A stretch of DNA of 64,000 nt. It comes from Octopus vulgaris (Eukaryota). The translations under genes were made by a program, and so were the position numbers. Location: assembly GCA_951406725.2 (NCBI GenBank), contig OX597818.1, forward strand, positions 59,396,001-59,460,000, written 5' to 3'. Shown one piece after another: positions 40,324-52,810 of the stretch. The first letter of the stretch is position 1, and every line of letters begins with the position of its first letter. Under the pieces are notes generated by a model. The model was given only the letters and a program-made list of their open reading frames with translations, did no database searches and was not told the DNA's origin.

Positions 40324-40771
40324 ATATATTAATAAAAGAATTCCAACCTTGTCTGATTTTCACGTTTTATTTACAATCTTATAATGATATATTATAAGAT
40401 AATATATTATAATTGAATAAAATAAAATGAAATAGTAGAATGTTAAATATTCATTCTGATTGAACTAGTACTTTCATGCATTGAATTTTGCAATCTTCGG
40501 GTTCATGTAGTAGTGTTGACAGTCATGCTTCACAATTTTTGACTGTCCCTAAATTGTGAAGTCAAAAATTGTGAAGCATGACTGTCAACACTACTACATG
40601 AACCCGAAGATTGCAGAATTCAATGCATGAAAGTACTAGTTCAATCAGAATGAATATTTAACATTCTACTATTTCATTTTATTTTATTCAATTATAATAT
40701 ATTATCTTATAATATATCATTATAAGATTGTAAATAAAACGTGAAAATCAGACAAGGTTGGAATTCTTTTA

Positions 40772-40780
<9 letters not shown>
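40324..40780. repeat. Near-perfect palindrome (221-bp arms, 15-nt spacer), each arm with a hammerhead-like motif
   Basis: Arms 40324-40544 and 40560-40780, one mismatch seen; tgaac-CCGAAGA-t-tgca...tgca-t-GAAA-gtac-TA-gttca at 40599-40643, mirrored at 40461-40505. Confidence 0.93.
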
Positions 40781-40822
<42 letters not shown>

Positions 40823-40824
40823 CG

Positions 40825-41640
40825 ATGTAATCCATCGTAACTGCCTCGCTGGGATGCGTTGGGATGGACACTTACTTCGATTGAAGATGACACGTACGGA
40901 CTTGTTTCGAAGGAATTGCACGTGGTAAACATCCGAAACAGAAACCTTAAAAAATGTTTTAGGGACGTCGTCAGAAAAAGCTTTATGGATCATAAGGTGG
41001 ATATTGGTGACTGTGAGCAAATGATGGAGAATAGATTGGTTTGGAAACAAGTGTTGCACGATGGTTGTGAAGCAAGTGGAACGTGCAATCGGACGTACCG
41101 TCATTATACGAGCACATCGGAGGCGCAATGGCCCAGTGGTTAGGGCAGCGGACTCGCGGTCATAGGATCACGGTTTCGATTCCCAGACCGGGCGTTGTGA
41201 GTGTTTATTGATCGAAAACACCTAAAGCTCCACGAGGCTCCGGCGGGGGATGGTGGTGATCCCTGCTGTACTCTTTCACCACAAATTTCTCTCACTCTTA
41301 CTTCCTGTTTCTGTTGTACCTGTATTTCAAAGGGCCGGCCTTGTCACTCTCTGTATCACGCTGTATATCCCCGAGAACTACGTTAAGGGTACACGTGTCT
41401 GTGGAGTGCTCAGCCACTTACACGTTAATTTCACGAGCAGGCTGTTCCGTTGATTCGGATCAACTGGAATTCTCGTCGTCGTAACCGACGGAGTGCTTCC
41501 ATCCATACGAGCACATCGCAAATAGGTCTTCACTTCAATCCCAAACACTTTCCGGCCTCAAAGTATTTGTAACATCTACTTTAGCGTCTGTTTTTCAAAA
41601 GCTGAACTTCCTACTCATAGGAGATCTCTTGACAGCATTT
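40825..41640 (+). mobile_element. Decayed RTE/BovB-like LINE 3' end interrupted by a SINE
   Basis: KKCFRDVVRKSFMDHKVDIGDCEQMMENRLVWKQVLHDG resembles RTE C-termini (KRYKD...W...A.DR..WR). Confidence 0.6.
41119..41504 (+). mobile_element. SINE family A, full length
   Basis: TSD atacgagcacatc at 41106-41118 and 41505-41517. Confidence 0.95.
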
Positions 41641-41674
41641 AGTAATTGAATAGATGGCCTTTCATAAAGAAGCA

Positions 41675-41719
<45 letters not shown>

Positions 41720-41764
41720 CACTACAAATTTTTATATACTTCTGTCAGCACAAACACATAATCT

Positions 41765-42168
41765 TTCTTCTTTTTCTTCTTCTTCTTCTTCTTCTTCTTC
41801 TTCTTCTTCTTCTTCTTCTTTTCTTCTTCTCCTCCTCCTCCTCCTCCTCCTTCTGCTTCTTCTTTTTCTTCTTCTTCTTTCTTCTTCTTTTTCTTCTTCT
41901 TCTTCCTCTACTGCTACCTTTTTTCTTCCTCAATTTCTTCTACTCCTTCTTCCTTCTCCTCTTCTTCTTCGTCTTCTTCTTCTTCTTATTATTATTATTA
42001 TTATCATTATTAATCATCATCCTTATCATCATCATCATCATCATCATCACCACCACCAACACCACCACCATCATCATGATCATCATCATCATCATCATCA
42101 TCTGCATCATCAACACCACCACCACCACCACCACCACCACCACTACCACCACCACCACCACCACCACC

Positions 42169-42202
<34 letters not shown>

Positions 42203-42264
42203 TCATCTTCATCATCAACACCACCACCACCACTACCACCACTACCACCACCACCGCCACCACC

Positions 42265-42296
<32 letters not shown>

Positions 42297-42364
42297 TCTT
42301 CATCATCAACACCACCACCACCACTACCACCACCGCCACCACCACCACCACCACCACCACCACC

Positions 42365-42397
<33 letters not shown>

Positions 42398-42448
42398 TTC
42401 ATCATCAACACCACCACCACCACCACCACCACCACCACCACCACCACC

Positions 42449-42503
<55 letters not shown>

Positions 42504-42638
42504 CCACCACCACCACCACCACCACCACCACCACCACCACCACCACCACCACCACCACCACCGCCACCACCACCACCACCATTCATGATCATCATCATCA
42601 TCATCATCATCTTCATCATCAACACCACCACCACCACC

Positions 42639-42672
<34 letters not shown>

Positions 42673-42690
42673 TCATCATTACTACCACTA
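41765..42690. repeat. Compound triplet array (TTC)(CTC)(ATT)(CAT)(CAC)n with higher-order units
   Basis: Marker cttcatcatcaacaccaccacc recurs near 42207, 42298, 42396 and 42611. Confidence 0.95.
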
Positions 42691-43308
42691 CTTCATAGAA
42701 GCAGTCTGACACGGAGTCTTTCATGCATTTCGTGAGTGCAACTAAGCAACTAAGCAAAGCGTTTTCTTAGTTAATAGTTTTACGTTTTACTTTTCGTATA
42801 AAAACCAGCTACGACCGAAATGCAACTTCTATTTAGAAAACGCCAACAGCAGCTGCAGTGTAAATCTCATGAGAATACATTTCATAGAATCAGGCAGTTT
42901 CTTTCCAGTCAGAGAGAGAATGAAGACAGTTTCTTTCTCTTTATGTGTGTGACTTTCTTTCTCTCTCTCCTTCTCTCTCTCTCTCTCCTTCTCTCTCTCT
43001 CTCTCTGTTTCACACACTCTTTTCTCAATATAGTAACGATCAGAAATATATGTTAAAGAAGACAAGAAAAGCAAATTATTTTTTTTTAATATTGTATAAA
43101 ACTGAATGTTCTCATGTGTAAAGTAACAAAATTGTCGGGTTGAAATATGTATCGCAGTTTCTGGTGGCAAATTTCTTTTGAAAATTTAACATACTGCATG
43201 AAGCATTTGCAACATTCAACATTTTACAAGAACAGATACGCACACGGGATAATATTCAAGCACACACAGAGATGTATAAATGTGCGTATATATGATATAT
43301 ATATGTAT

Positions 43309-43545
43309 ACTCTCTTTTACTCTCTCTTTTACTTGTTTCAGTCATTTGACTGCGGCCATGCTGGAGCACCGCCTTTAATCGAGCAACTCGACCCCGGGAC
43401 TTATTCTTTTATTTTTTTTAAAAGCCCTGTACTTATTCTATCGGTCTCTTTTACCGAACCGCTAAGTAACGCGGACATAAACACACCAGCATCGGTTGTC
43501 AAGCAATGCTAGGGAGACAAACACAGACACACAAACACACAATCG

Positions 43546-43597
<52 letters not shown>
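43309..43597 (-). mobile_element. SINE family B, 3' half (other half at 46790-46974)
   Basis: ctcttttacttgtttcagtcatttgactgcggccatgctggagcaccgcc...acacac(at)n; stops at the Helitron CTAG. Confidence 0.9.
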
Positions 43598-43598
<1 letters not shown>

Positions 43599-43994
43599 TA
43601 GCAGTATCGCCCGGCGTTGCTCGGGTTTGTAAGGGAAATAACTATATAAGCATTTTTAGAGAGTTATAGCAAAAATATAGCCAAAAAATCCATTAAAAAT
43701 GGAAAAAAATGATGGTAAAACTTTTCTTTAAATCGTTGACTCATCGTAGACACTTTTAGAGGGTCACTTCCCTTATATTAAAAAAAATATGCATTGAAAT
43801 AGAAAAAAAATGATGGTAAATTATTTTTTAAATCGTAGACTCATTGTAGACGCGCGCTAATACCCAGAAGGGCTCGATATGAATCACGACTATAAGATAC
43901 TCGGTTTTGGTTAAACTGCACCGCAAAATGTAGGAGTAGTTAGGAATCTAAATCGGAGTAGACAGACACACAACCTTTCTTTTATATATAAAGA
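43598..43994 (-). mobile_element. Non-autonomous Helitron, type 1
   Basis: Minus strand A|TCtttatatataaaag ... hairpin cccgagcaacgccggg, cgatactgCTAG|T; no TSD. Confidence 0.9.
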
Positions 43995-46410
43995 TATTCC
44001 ATTATACATAAAGATATGTCGCTATGATAAACATTAAGGAAGATAAAGTCTGTAGTGGAAGCTTTTAATCATAGCTTCGTTTTCTACATTTTGAGTTCAT
44101 ATCTCATTGGTCAAAGATTCAATTTCCAATTCCTTTGGTCTTCGGTATAAGTCAAATAGAGTCGGTTGAAATAACTGAACGTTTCCACCTCAAAATGCCT
44201 GCCACGTATTTATTACAATTTCAGCAATTTATATATGATTGAGTTGGAGTAAAATAATCTTACATTTCTCGCAGTCGCTTATGTCTTCCGAGTTAATGTA
44301 TCGCAACACAAAATAAATTTGGAATATATATTTTCATAATGAACAAAGAATATTCGGGGAATTTAGCGGAATACATTCAGTTGGTTCTAACCCTCAGCTA
44401 AAATGAATACGGCAGTTATTTGGAGTCTTACTCTGTTCATAATGGCCGTCTGTTATTAATAACATAGATACTGACTTAGGAATATTCCATTGAACGTAAG
44501 ATTATTTCGTTAAGATAAACTCTGAGGAAGATAACGTGTCCGTTCTTTTGTATGTGTCGTTGGTTAAACAGTCCGTCCAATGCACAAAGAATCATCACTC
44601 TAACACAAGCCGCACCTATGATGGTCCCCGTGTTGTATAAGTTGTAGTGAGCCGTATCCACTTCCGCATAGGCTGTTCAATAGGATGCAAGCCTAGAAAC
44701 TGTGGGACGTCATTCCCACACGTCATTGAAAAGTAGTTGCCAGAGCGATATTGTCGACGACGATGGACTGACTCAGAGGCACTGAATTGAGTTTTTATCC
44801 CGGATTCACACCCGAAGCTGTGCCTGTGGCTTCATATAACAGCCAGGCAGGTGTGCTTCGGAGTCCACCTGAGGATAACATGCAGTTTAATGCTGGAAAA
44901 ATCCAACCCTTCGCTACCAGCACCCAAAACTGAACGTACATTACTAAAAACTTACAGGGTTCACTGGCCCAAGGACGATTGCATTGCAATCCCAGAACCT
45001 AAATCAGGACCAGTTAGTGCAACAGCCTGGGTTTCAGGGGCCCATAGCTTCTTAATATTCTCTCAAAAACCCAGAGACCTACACAAAGTGGATGTATGTG
45101 TTTTAAAATCAAAACTGATTCTCTAACTGTCGAGAGTCCTAGATGACCCTACCTCGCGACAGGAGGCGCAAATGGGGATAGAGCAACATCAAACTCCTTT
45201 ATTCACCAAATGCCACTTATCAGTGGAGGCTCACAATAGTAGCAGCGTAGCAAAACTATGCCTCAGGATGGGCAAAGCTTGAAGCTGAAACCGATTAGCA
45301 TATATATATATATTTCCTTCCAGTCATTCAAAATGTGACCGCGTGTGTACCGTTGGCGATTCTTTCCCGTCTTCCGTTCTCTAGATCTTTCCTTCTCCTA
45401 TGTTTCCGACGAAGAGCTCTGCTCGAAACGTTAAACCCTCCTTCTTTTCTTCTCTCCTGAGCCTCCAATAATACTATAATTGTTCCACGTCCTCGCGTTG
45501 TTGTGTTTTTTTTTGTGCTTTCTTGTTTGGATTAACTTTATATATATATATATACATGCCTGAATATATTCCAATCAGAGTTCCGTCTACTAAATTCTCT
45601 GATATGATTCCATGCAGTCTCTTTTGATTGTAAATAGTCATGATGAGTATCAATCCAGCTGTAGCAATTCCGTTGGTTTCAGAATCCATGTATTAAAATT
45701 CCCCTATCTAGTGTAACTTTTCTTTCTTTACAATTAAACGAAAATTTGACTGCTATTTCTAGCAGATTAGGAAAACTCTTAGAGACGTCGGTGTTGCATA
45801 GTAATTATTTCATATACTGTAGCTACAGTGTCAAACAAGACTCTATGGATTAAAATTGATACCCATTCAATTTCATTGTTATTATTTTCAGAACAAATCC
45901 TTGAGCTGTTCAACCATGTTCTGTCAAACTAGTTTTGGGAAAATATTACCCGTTAACTGTAATTATACTTTGAATAGAACTGGTTGCCTTCATTTAGTTA
46001 CATCATTACTAATGCTCCATAACATTTATAAGGTTTTAACTATGCTACTCAAACAAAAATATGGTATAGGTGTATTTCAAAATTAATCAACAACCCCATT
46101 GGAAATAATTTCAAATCCTGAAGATTTTTGTGACATGATAGTTCCATATTAGGAACGACTAAAGTGTAATATCTATATCTACAAATATTTCGGACATTGA
46201 CGGAAAATCTCTGAAATCCCTCATGCGAGAAACAGCAGACGAACTGACTCTTGCAAGGACATTGAACATTCCTGAAATAAAACTCCTCCCTTCAAAATTG
46301 GTTCCCTTGTTCTTAAATTAGAAAGCAATTATTATAAAGCAAAAATATATTTAACATTTTCTGAGAGAAAACATACAGATTATGGCATAATTTTTTGTCT
46401 TTATAACAAA
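43995..46410 (-). repeat. Captured inverted copy of 35371-38244 with a ~466-bp internal deletion
   Basis: Junction aaatcaggacc near 45005 joins donor 37240 to 36777 through ctga microhomology. Confidence 0.95.
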
Positions 46411-46789
46411 CTAGCAGTATCGCCCGGCGTTGCTCAGGTTTGTAAGGGAAATAACTATAAAGCATTTTTAGAGAGTTATAGCCAAAAAATAGCAAAAAAA
46501 TGGAAAAGAAATGATGGTAAAAATTTTTGAGAGTTAAAAAAGGTGGAGTTGCGTCCCCTAGACGGTCTGTGGTTTGGGTTTCTGATTCTCGACCCCATGT
46601 CGAATTTATCGATTTTTTTCAAAACTGGGGGAACTTTTCAAAATTTTCGCTGCGTTAGTTTTGAATTATGACATTGGGCTATGTGTGTGTCAAGTTTCAT
46701 CAGAATCGGTTGAAAGCCGTGGTCAGAGTGAGGGTACGAGAAAACAGACACACAGTAAACGCACAGACAAACTGCCGTTTATATAGAGA
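46411..46789 (-). mobile_element. Non-autonomous Helitron, type 2 (same 3' end, different 5' part)
   Basis: Minus strand A|TCtctatataaacggcagtttgtctgtgcg ... cctgagcaacgccgggcgatactgCTAG|T. Confidence 0.88.
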
Positions 46790-46974
46790 TATATATATAT
46801 ATATATACATATATATGACGGGCTTCTTTCAGTTTCCATCTACCAAATCCACTCACAAGGCTTTGGTCGGCCCGAGGCTATAGTAGAAGAAACTAGCCCA
46901 AGGTGCCACGCAGTGGGACTGAACCCGGAACCATGTAGTTGGTAGGCAAGCTACTTACCACACAGCCACTCCTG
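46790..46974 (-). mobile_element. SINE family B, 5' half (continues 43309-43597)
   Basis: (ta)n-gacgggcttctttcagtttcc...cacagccactcctg, the sequence that follows the TA tract in intact minus-strand copies. Confidence 0.9.
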
Positions 46975-47409
46975 ATATATGTAAGCATAAGTGTATGTAT
47001 ACTTATGTGTATATATATGTACGTATGAATATGTATATATACATATATATACGTATGTATCTGTCTATCTCTATGTCTTAGTCTTTTGGGTTTTTTTGTG
47101 AATTATCCCCGTATATTACATGCTCACGTGGTCGCACCAGTTGATCCTGTCTCCTCTCATCACCCACGAACCTCTCCACTGGACTTTCTACACTTCAACT
47201 GCACCTCTACTGTCTGTGGATTACACTGGACTCCTCTGTTGGTGAAAAATCACTCCAATACACCACAACGTCTGAATCTTTTGATCGTTTTGAACTTTTC
47301 GTAACTTTTTTATACTTTCTAAACTTTTTTGTACTTTCTGCTTTTCCATGATAGATCGCAAGCCACTACACATTCTCTATTTTCTTTCCTTGTTTCTTTG
47401 TGTGTTTCT

Positions 47410-47975
<566 letters not shown>

Positions 47976-48011
47976 TATATATATATATATATATATATTT
48001 CTCGCTTCACA

Positions 48012-48106
<95 letters not shown>

Positions 48107-48584
48107 AGAGAGAGTTTTAATGATCCTCACATGCTAGGAAATTGCAGGTCGAAACTGCCATAAAACCACAATAACCACTCATATTTTTCCCTCCACAGCA
48201 ACACTATCTGCGCCTGACATGACACATAATATCTACAATTTTTAAAGACAAACTTTTGGTTAATTCTCGATTGCAGTTTCGAATTTAGAAAACTGTTGTA
48301 CTATATTACATACCGTTTCGTGAAGTAACGTATAAAAACAATACGCCAGTTATATTTTTCTCATCAGGAGAATATTCCGGAAAATACAAATCGATACAAA
48401 ATTGTAACTTGGAGCTTTAAGTATCCCGACTAGCAAGAAATAATGTGTGAATTTCTATCTCCACATTCAAATTCTGAAACCAATGTTAAGCACATCGTTT
48501 ATGAGTAGAGACCAGTAAATAGAGCCGCAGCGAACAACCCGTATGTGGGTGATGAAAACAAATATGTAAGAAGAGTAGAATACG

Positions 48585-49000
48585 GTTTATTACACACATG
48601 TCAGTGAGAACACTTTGAGATATTTTTGGTATCTAACATATGTCAGATACTGCGAGCGCTGCTTCTGATTGGTCAATCCATGGTGATGACCCGAGGTCAC
48701 GGTGACAGCGCTGCTTCTGATTGGTCAATCCATGGTGATGGCCCGAGGTCACGGTGACGGCACTACTTTTGTCATTCATAAGTTACAACTAAACGTGAAG
48801 AATTTAGTTATTGGGTTAGTAAAATATGGTCGTTTATTCGTGTGTAATAAATAAAATACCAAACTCATTCCCTATGGATACCGTATTTATTTCAATTCGT
48901 GGCTTGTAAACGTATCTAACGAGCGAGAGCGAGTTAGATACGTTTACAAGCCACTCGTTGTAATAAATACGGTATCCATAGGGAACTCGTTTGGTTTTCT
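48585..49000. mobile_element. Palindromic non-autonomous element (possibly Crypton-like) with a 52-bp tandem repeat
   Basis: tttattacacac/gtgtgtaataaa inverted motif; 52-bp unit at 48655 and 48707; hairpin 48868-48985 (ttccctatggataccgtatttatt / aataaatacggtatccatagggaa). Family is a guess. Confidence 0.45.
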
Positions 49001-49424
49001 CTATATATGATAGAGTACAACAAGTTTCTAACTTCGAAATTTCAAACAAGAATTAAGGAAATATCTTTTTAAATTGCGATTTTTATGTGTCATGTCGCCC
49101 GCAGCGTTCTTGTGAAGAGAAAAATATAAGTGAATAAGCTGTTACAGCAGTTTTGACTGCTAGTTCTAAACATTTAAGGGATTTTGTGACCCTTTCCGTC
49201 GTAATTATGATGCCATAATACTCTCTTTATATATATATCATCAAAGTAAGCAACAAGAATATCTTCGGTAATTTGGTACGATCGCTTCATGCTACATCAT
49301 TTTATTAAACATTGTATATATTACATCAGTTTTAAAATGTTGAGCAATCTTCACCCATTCATAGAGGTTTTTCATCAATACATATACTTATTTCCTTATA
49401 TATATATATATATGTGTGTGTGTG

Positions 49425-49590
49425 TGACCGCGTGTGTATCGTTGGCGATACACACTGTCTTTCTTTGTTTGCCCTTCCTTGGAACGGTAAATGTTTCTAC
49501 TTTCTTTCCTTTCCTGAGCGTCCGATAACACGACAAATGTTCCTCGTCCTCGCGTTGTTGTGTTTTCTCTTTGTTCATGTTTGGAGTAAT
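49425..49590 (+). mobile_element. Degenerate copy of the TA-flanked Penelope-type short element
   Basis: tgtgaccgcgtgtgtatcgttggcgat...cgtcctcgcgttgttgtgttttctc. Confidence 0.65.
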
Positions 49591-49840
49591 TATATATATA
49601 TATATATATATATAAAATATGTTAGCATGCTTGACTACTGATATAGTCATGAACAGTCTTTGTTTAATTGTTCATGCTAAAACCTTGCAATGTAATTCTT
49701 CAATTCTCTTCTTATATACATACATATATATATGGACCGGAATAAGCATAGAAATGTGAAACAAGTTGAAAGAATGAGTACCCGAATACCAGAGGTAGAG
49801 TAATATGCTTTACTAAAAGCATCAGAAATATCACAAAAAA

Positions 49841-49880
49841 CTGTTACTCAGAGTTTCACGTTCCCGCTCAGCAGGGCAAT
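49841..49880 (-). ncRNA. Degenerate hammerhead-like motif
   Basis: Reverse strand CTGCTGA-gcg-ggaa-cgt-GAAA-ctctgag-TA-acag; near-palindromic stem III actctgagt. Confidence 0.45.
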
Positions 49881-49989
49881 ACCTATTATTTAAGGTAAAA
49901 CACGTGGATTCTTATCTTATTCATATTTGAACGTGATTAGTATAATTGATAACGAGTAAGCTGAGTAACTGTACAAACAGTTGAAATCA

Positions 49990-51110
49990 CTAAATTTTCA
50001 GGTGATAACGTCAGTGGGCAAAACATTTTGGTTACATTTTCGAACATATCGTATGTGTTGAATAGGATACTTCGGCTTTTCTTTGAGAAGCTTTCCCTAC
50101 AGAATATAAATGTTCAATATGTCGTTTTCCTTTGTTAATCTACTTTACACTGGACATCTTAGCAGTTCACCTGTCAAATGAATTTATCGATTAATAGAGG
50201 CTCCTTCAACTAAATTTTCTCCCTCGCCACTCGCTTGTTCACTGGCATCTTGCTGTAGATTTACAAAGATTTACACGATTTCTCAGGCAGTATAATGATT
50301 CACATAACCAGCATCTTCAGCTACGATAATCCATTCCCGAATATAATTTTCATTCATTTACAACAGAAAATCCCTTCCGGCAGGATTTGTTAAGTAACGA
50401 TTATAAAAAAGCAGATTATGTATATCTTTTCCCTTCACTCCTTCAATACTATATAGCGATTTTCAACGGCTTGATAATCAAATATCGATCTTAGACACTA
50501 TTTATGCCATCCACTTTCACTGTAGATTCTTCTAAATTTTCCCAAACACTGACAACACAGTAAGGCATAACTTTTACATTAAATTCCATGAAAAAAAGTC
50601 GTGTACTGGTCTGCCAAGATTCACTGCATATTGTAGTTGGCAATATTTATTCTAATAGATCAGTGTAAACCATTATATTGGGACTAGCGTAATAATTGCA
50701 TTTGAACAAGAGTTTAATGCAAAATATTGTATTCTTATGCGAGTTCTACTGAAGGTTGTGCAGAACAGTGTCCAATATAACCATTAACACACAGTTGTAA
50801 CTCAGGCCAACAGATTTACAAAACGCTCTTATTAAAGGCACAAGATATATTGTCAACTGACCCAAAGTAATATCGGCTCTTATCAGACCACTTTTAACTG
50901 ATTGGATTAACCAGATTTACCGTAAACTTTTACGAATGTCAAATAAGTTGCATATATCTGTATCTGCAGCAATACAGCAGCTTATGAAAAGAGAAACGGT
51001 TATCGATGCATGATAGCCCGTTGGTGATTTTGCATCCTGAGTCGTCTCTGTCCACCTTGGATACATTTCCCAAATAATACCGTTTACTGCCTAACTAGCA
51101 GCACATACAT
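49990..51110 (-). pseudogene. Heavily decayed pogo/Tigger (Jerky/CENP-B-like DDE_1) transposase
   Basis: Frame-jumping reverse-strand motifs: SPTG...IRKSLR; LVPLIRAFCKSVGL; VILD/HCSAQPSVEL (LDNCSAHP-like); FNVKVMPYCVVSVWENL; IREWIIVAEDAGYVNHYTA*EIV plus an acidic stretch. Confidence 0.65.
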
Positions 51111-51139
51111 TTTCAACACTTAAATATATATATATATAC

Positions 51140-51171
<32 letters not shown>

Positions 51172-51248
51172 GTTAATTTCACGAGAAGGCAATTCCGTTG
51201 ACCGCGTCAACTGGAAACCTCGTCGTTGTAATCGTCGGAGTGCCTCAA

Positions 51249-51263
51249 ATGTATGTATGTATG

Positions 51264-51297
<34 letters not shown>

Positions 51298-51580
51298 TGT
51301 ATGTATGTATGTATGTATGTATGTATGTATGTATGTATGTATGTATGCACGCATGTATGTATGTATGTATGTATGTATGCATGCATGTATTTATGTATGT
51401 ATGTATGTATGTATCTATCTATGTATGCATGTATGTATGTATGTATGTATGTATGTATGCATGCATGTATGTATGTATGTATGTATGTATGTACGTATGT
51501 ATGTATGTATGCATATATGTATGTATGTATGTATGTATGTACGCATGTATGCATGCATGTATGTATGTATGTACGCATGT
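51249..51580. repeat. (TATG)n microsatellite following a SINE A 3' fragment (51170-51245)
   Basis: Directly visible. Confidence 0.95.
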
Positions 51581-51775
51581 AGCCCATAGGTGAGATCCAA
51601 AGCTTCTCCGTATACAATACACTTGGTAATACTCAAGAGATTTAATCATCAGCCGGTGTAGAAGTAAAGGTAATTTGTGAAACGTCACAATGGAGCGTGT
51701 ATCACTTCTTTGTTGTGCTCAGTTTATGTATGCACATTTCGCCCGGCGTGCTAACGTTTCTGCCAGCTCGCTGCC

Positions 51776-52607
<832 letters not shown>

Positions 52608-52810
52608 TCACTGCCTGGAATCGAACTCGGAATCTATTAGCACGCGCTCTTAACCACTGTTACGTTTATGCATTTGTCTTGCTACATCCTGATGTGAAAT
52701 CGTGTGTTGAAACAGATGTTGCTGTATTTCGTGATGGACACCTTTTTCTTGCCAAATAAACACACGTACTATATATTTTTCACTCATTTGTTATCATAGG
52801 GAAGGGACAA

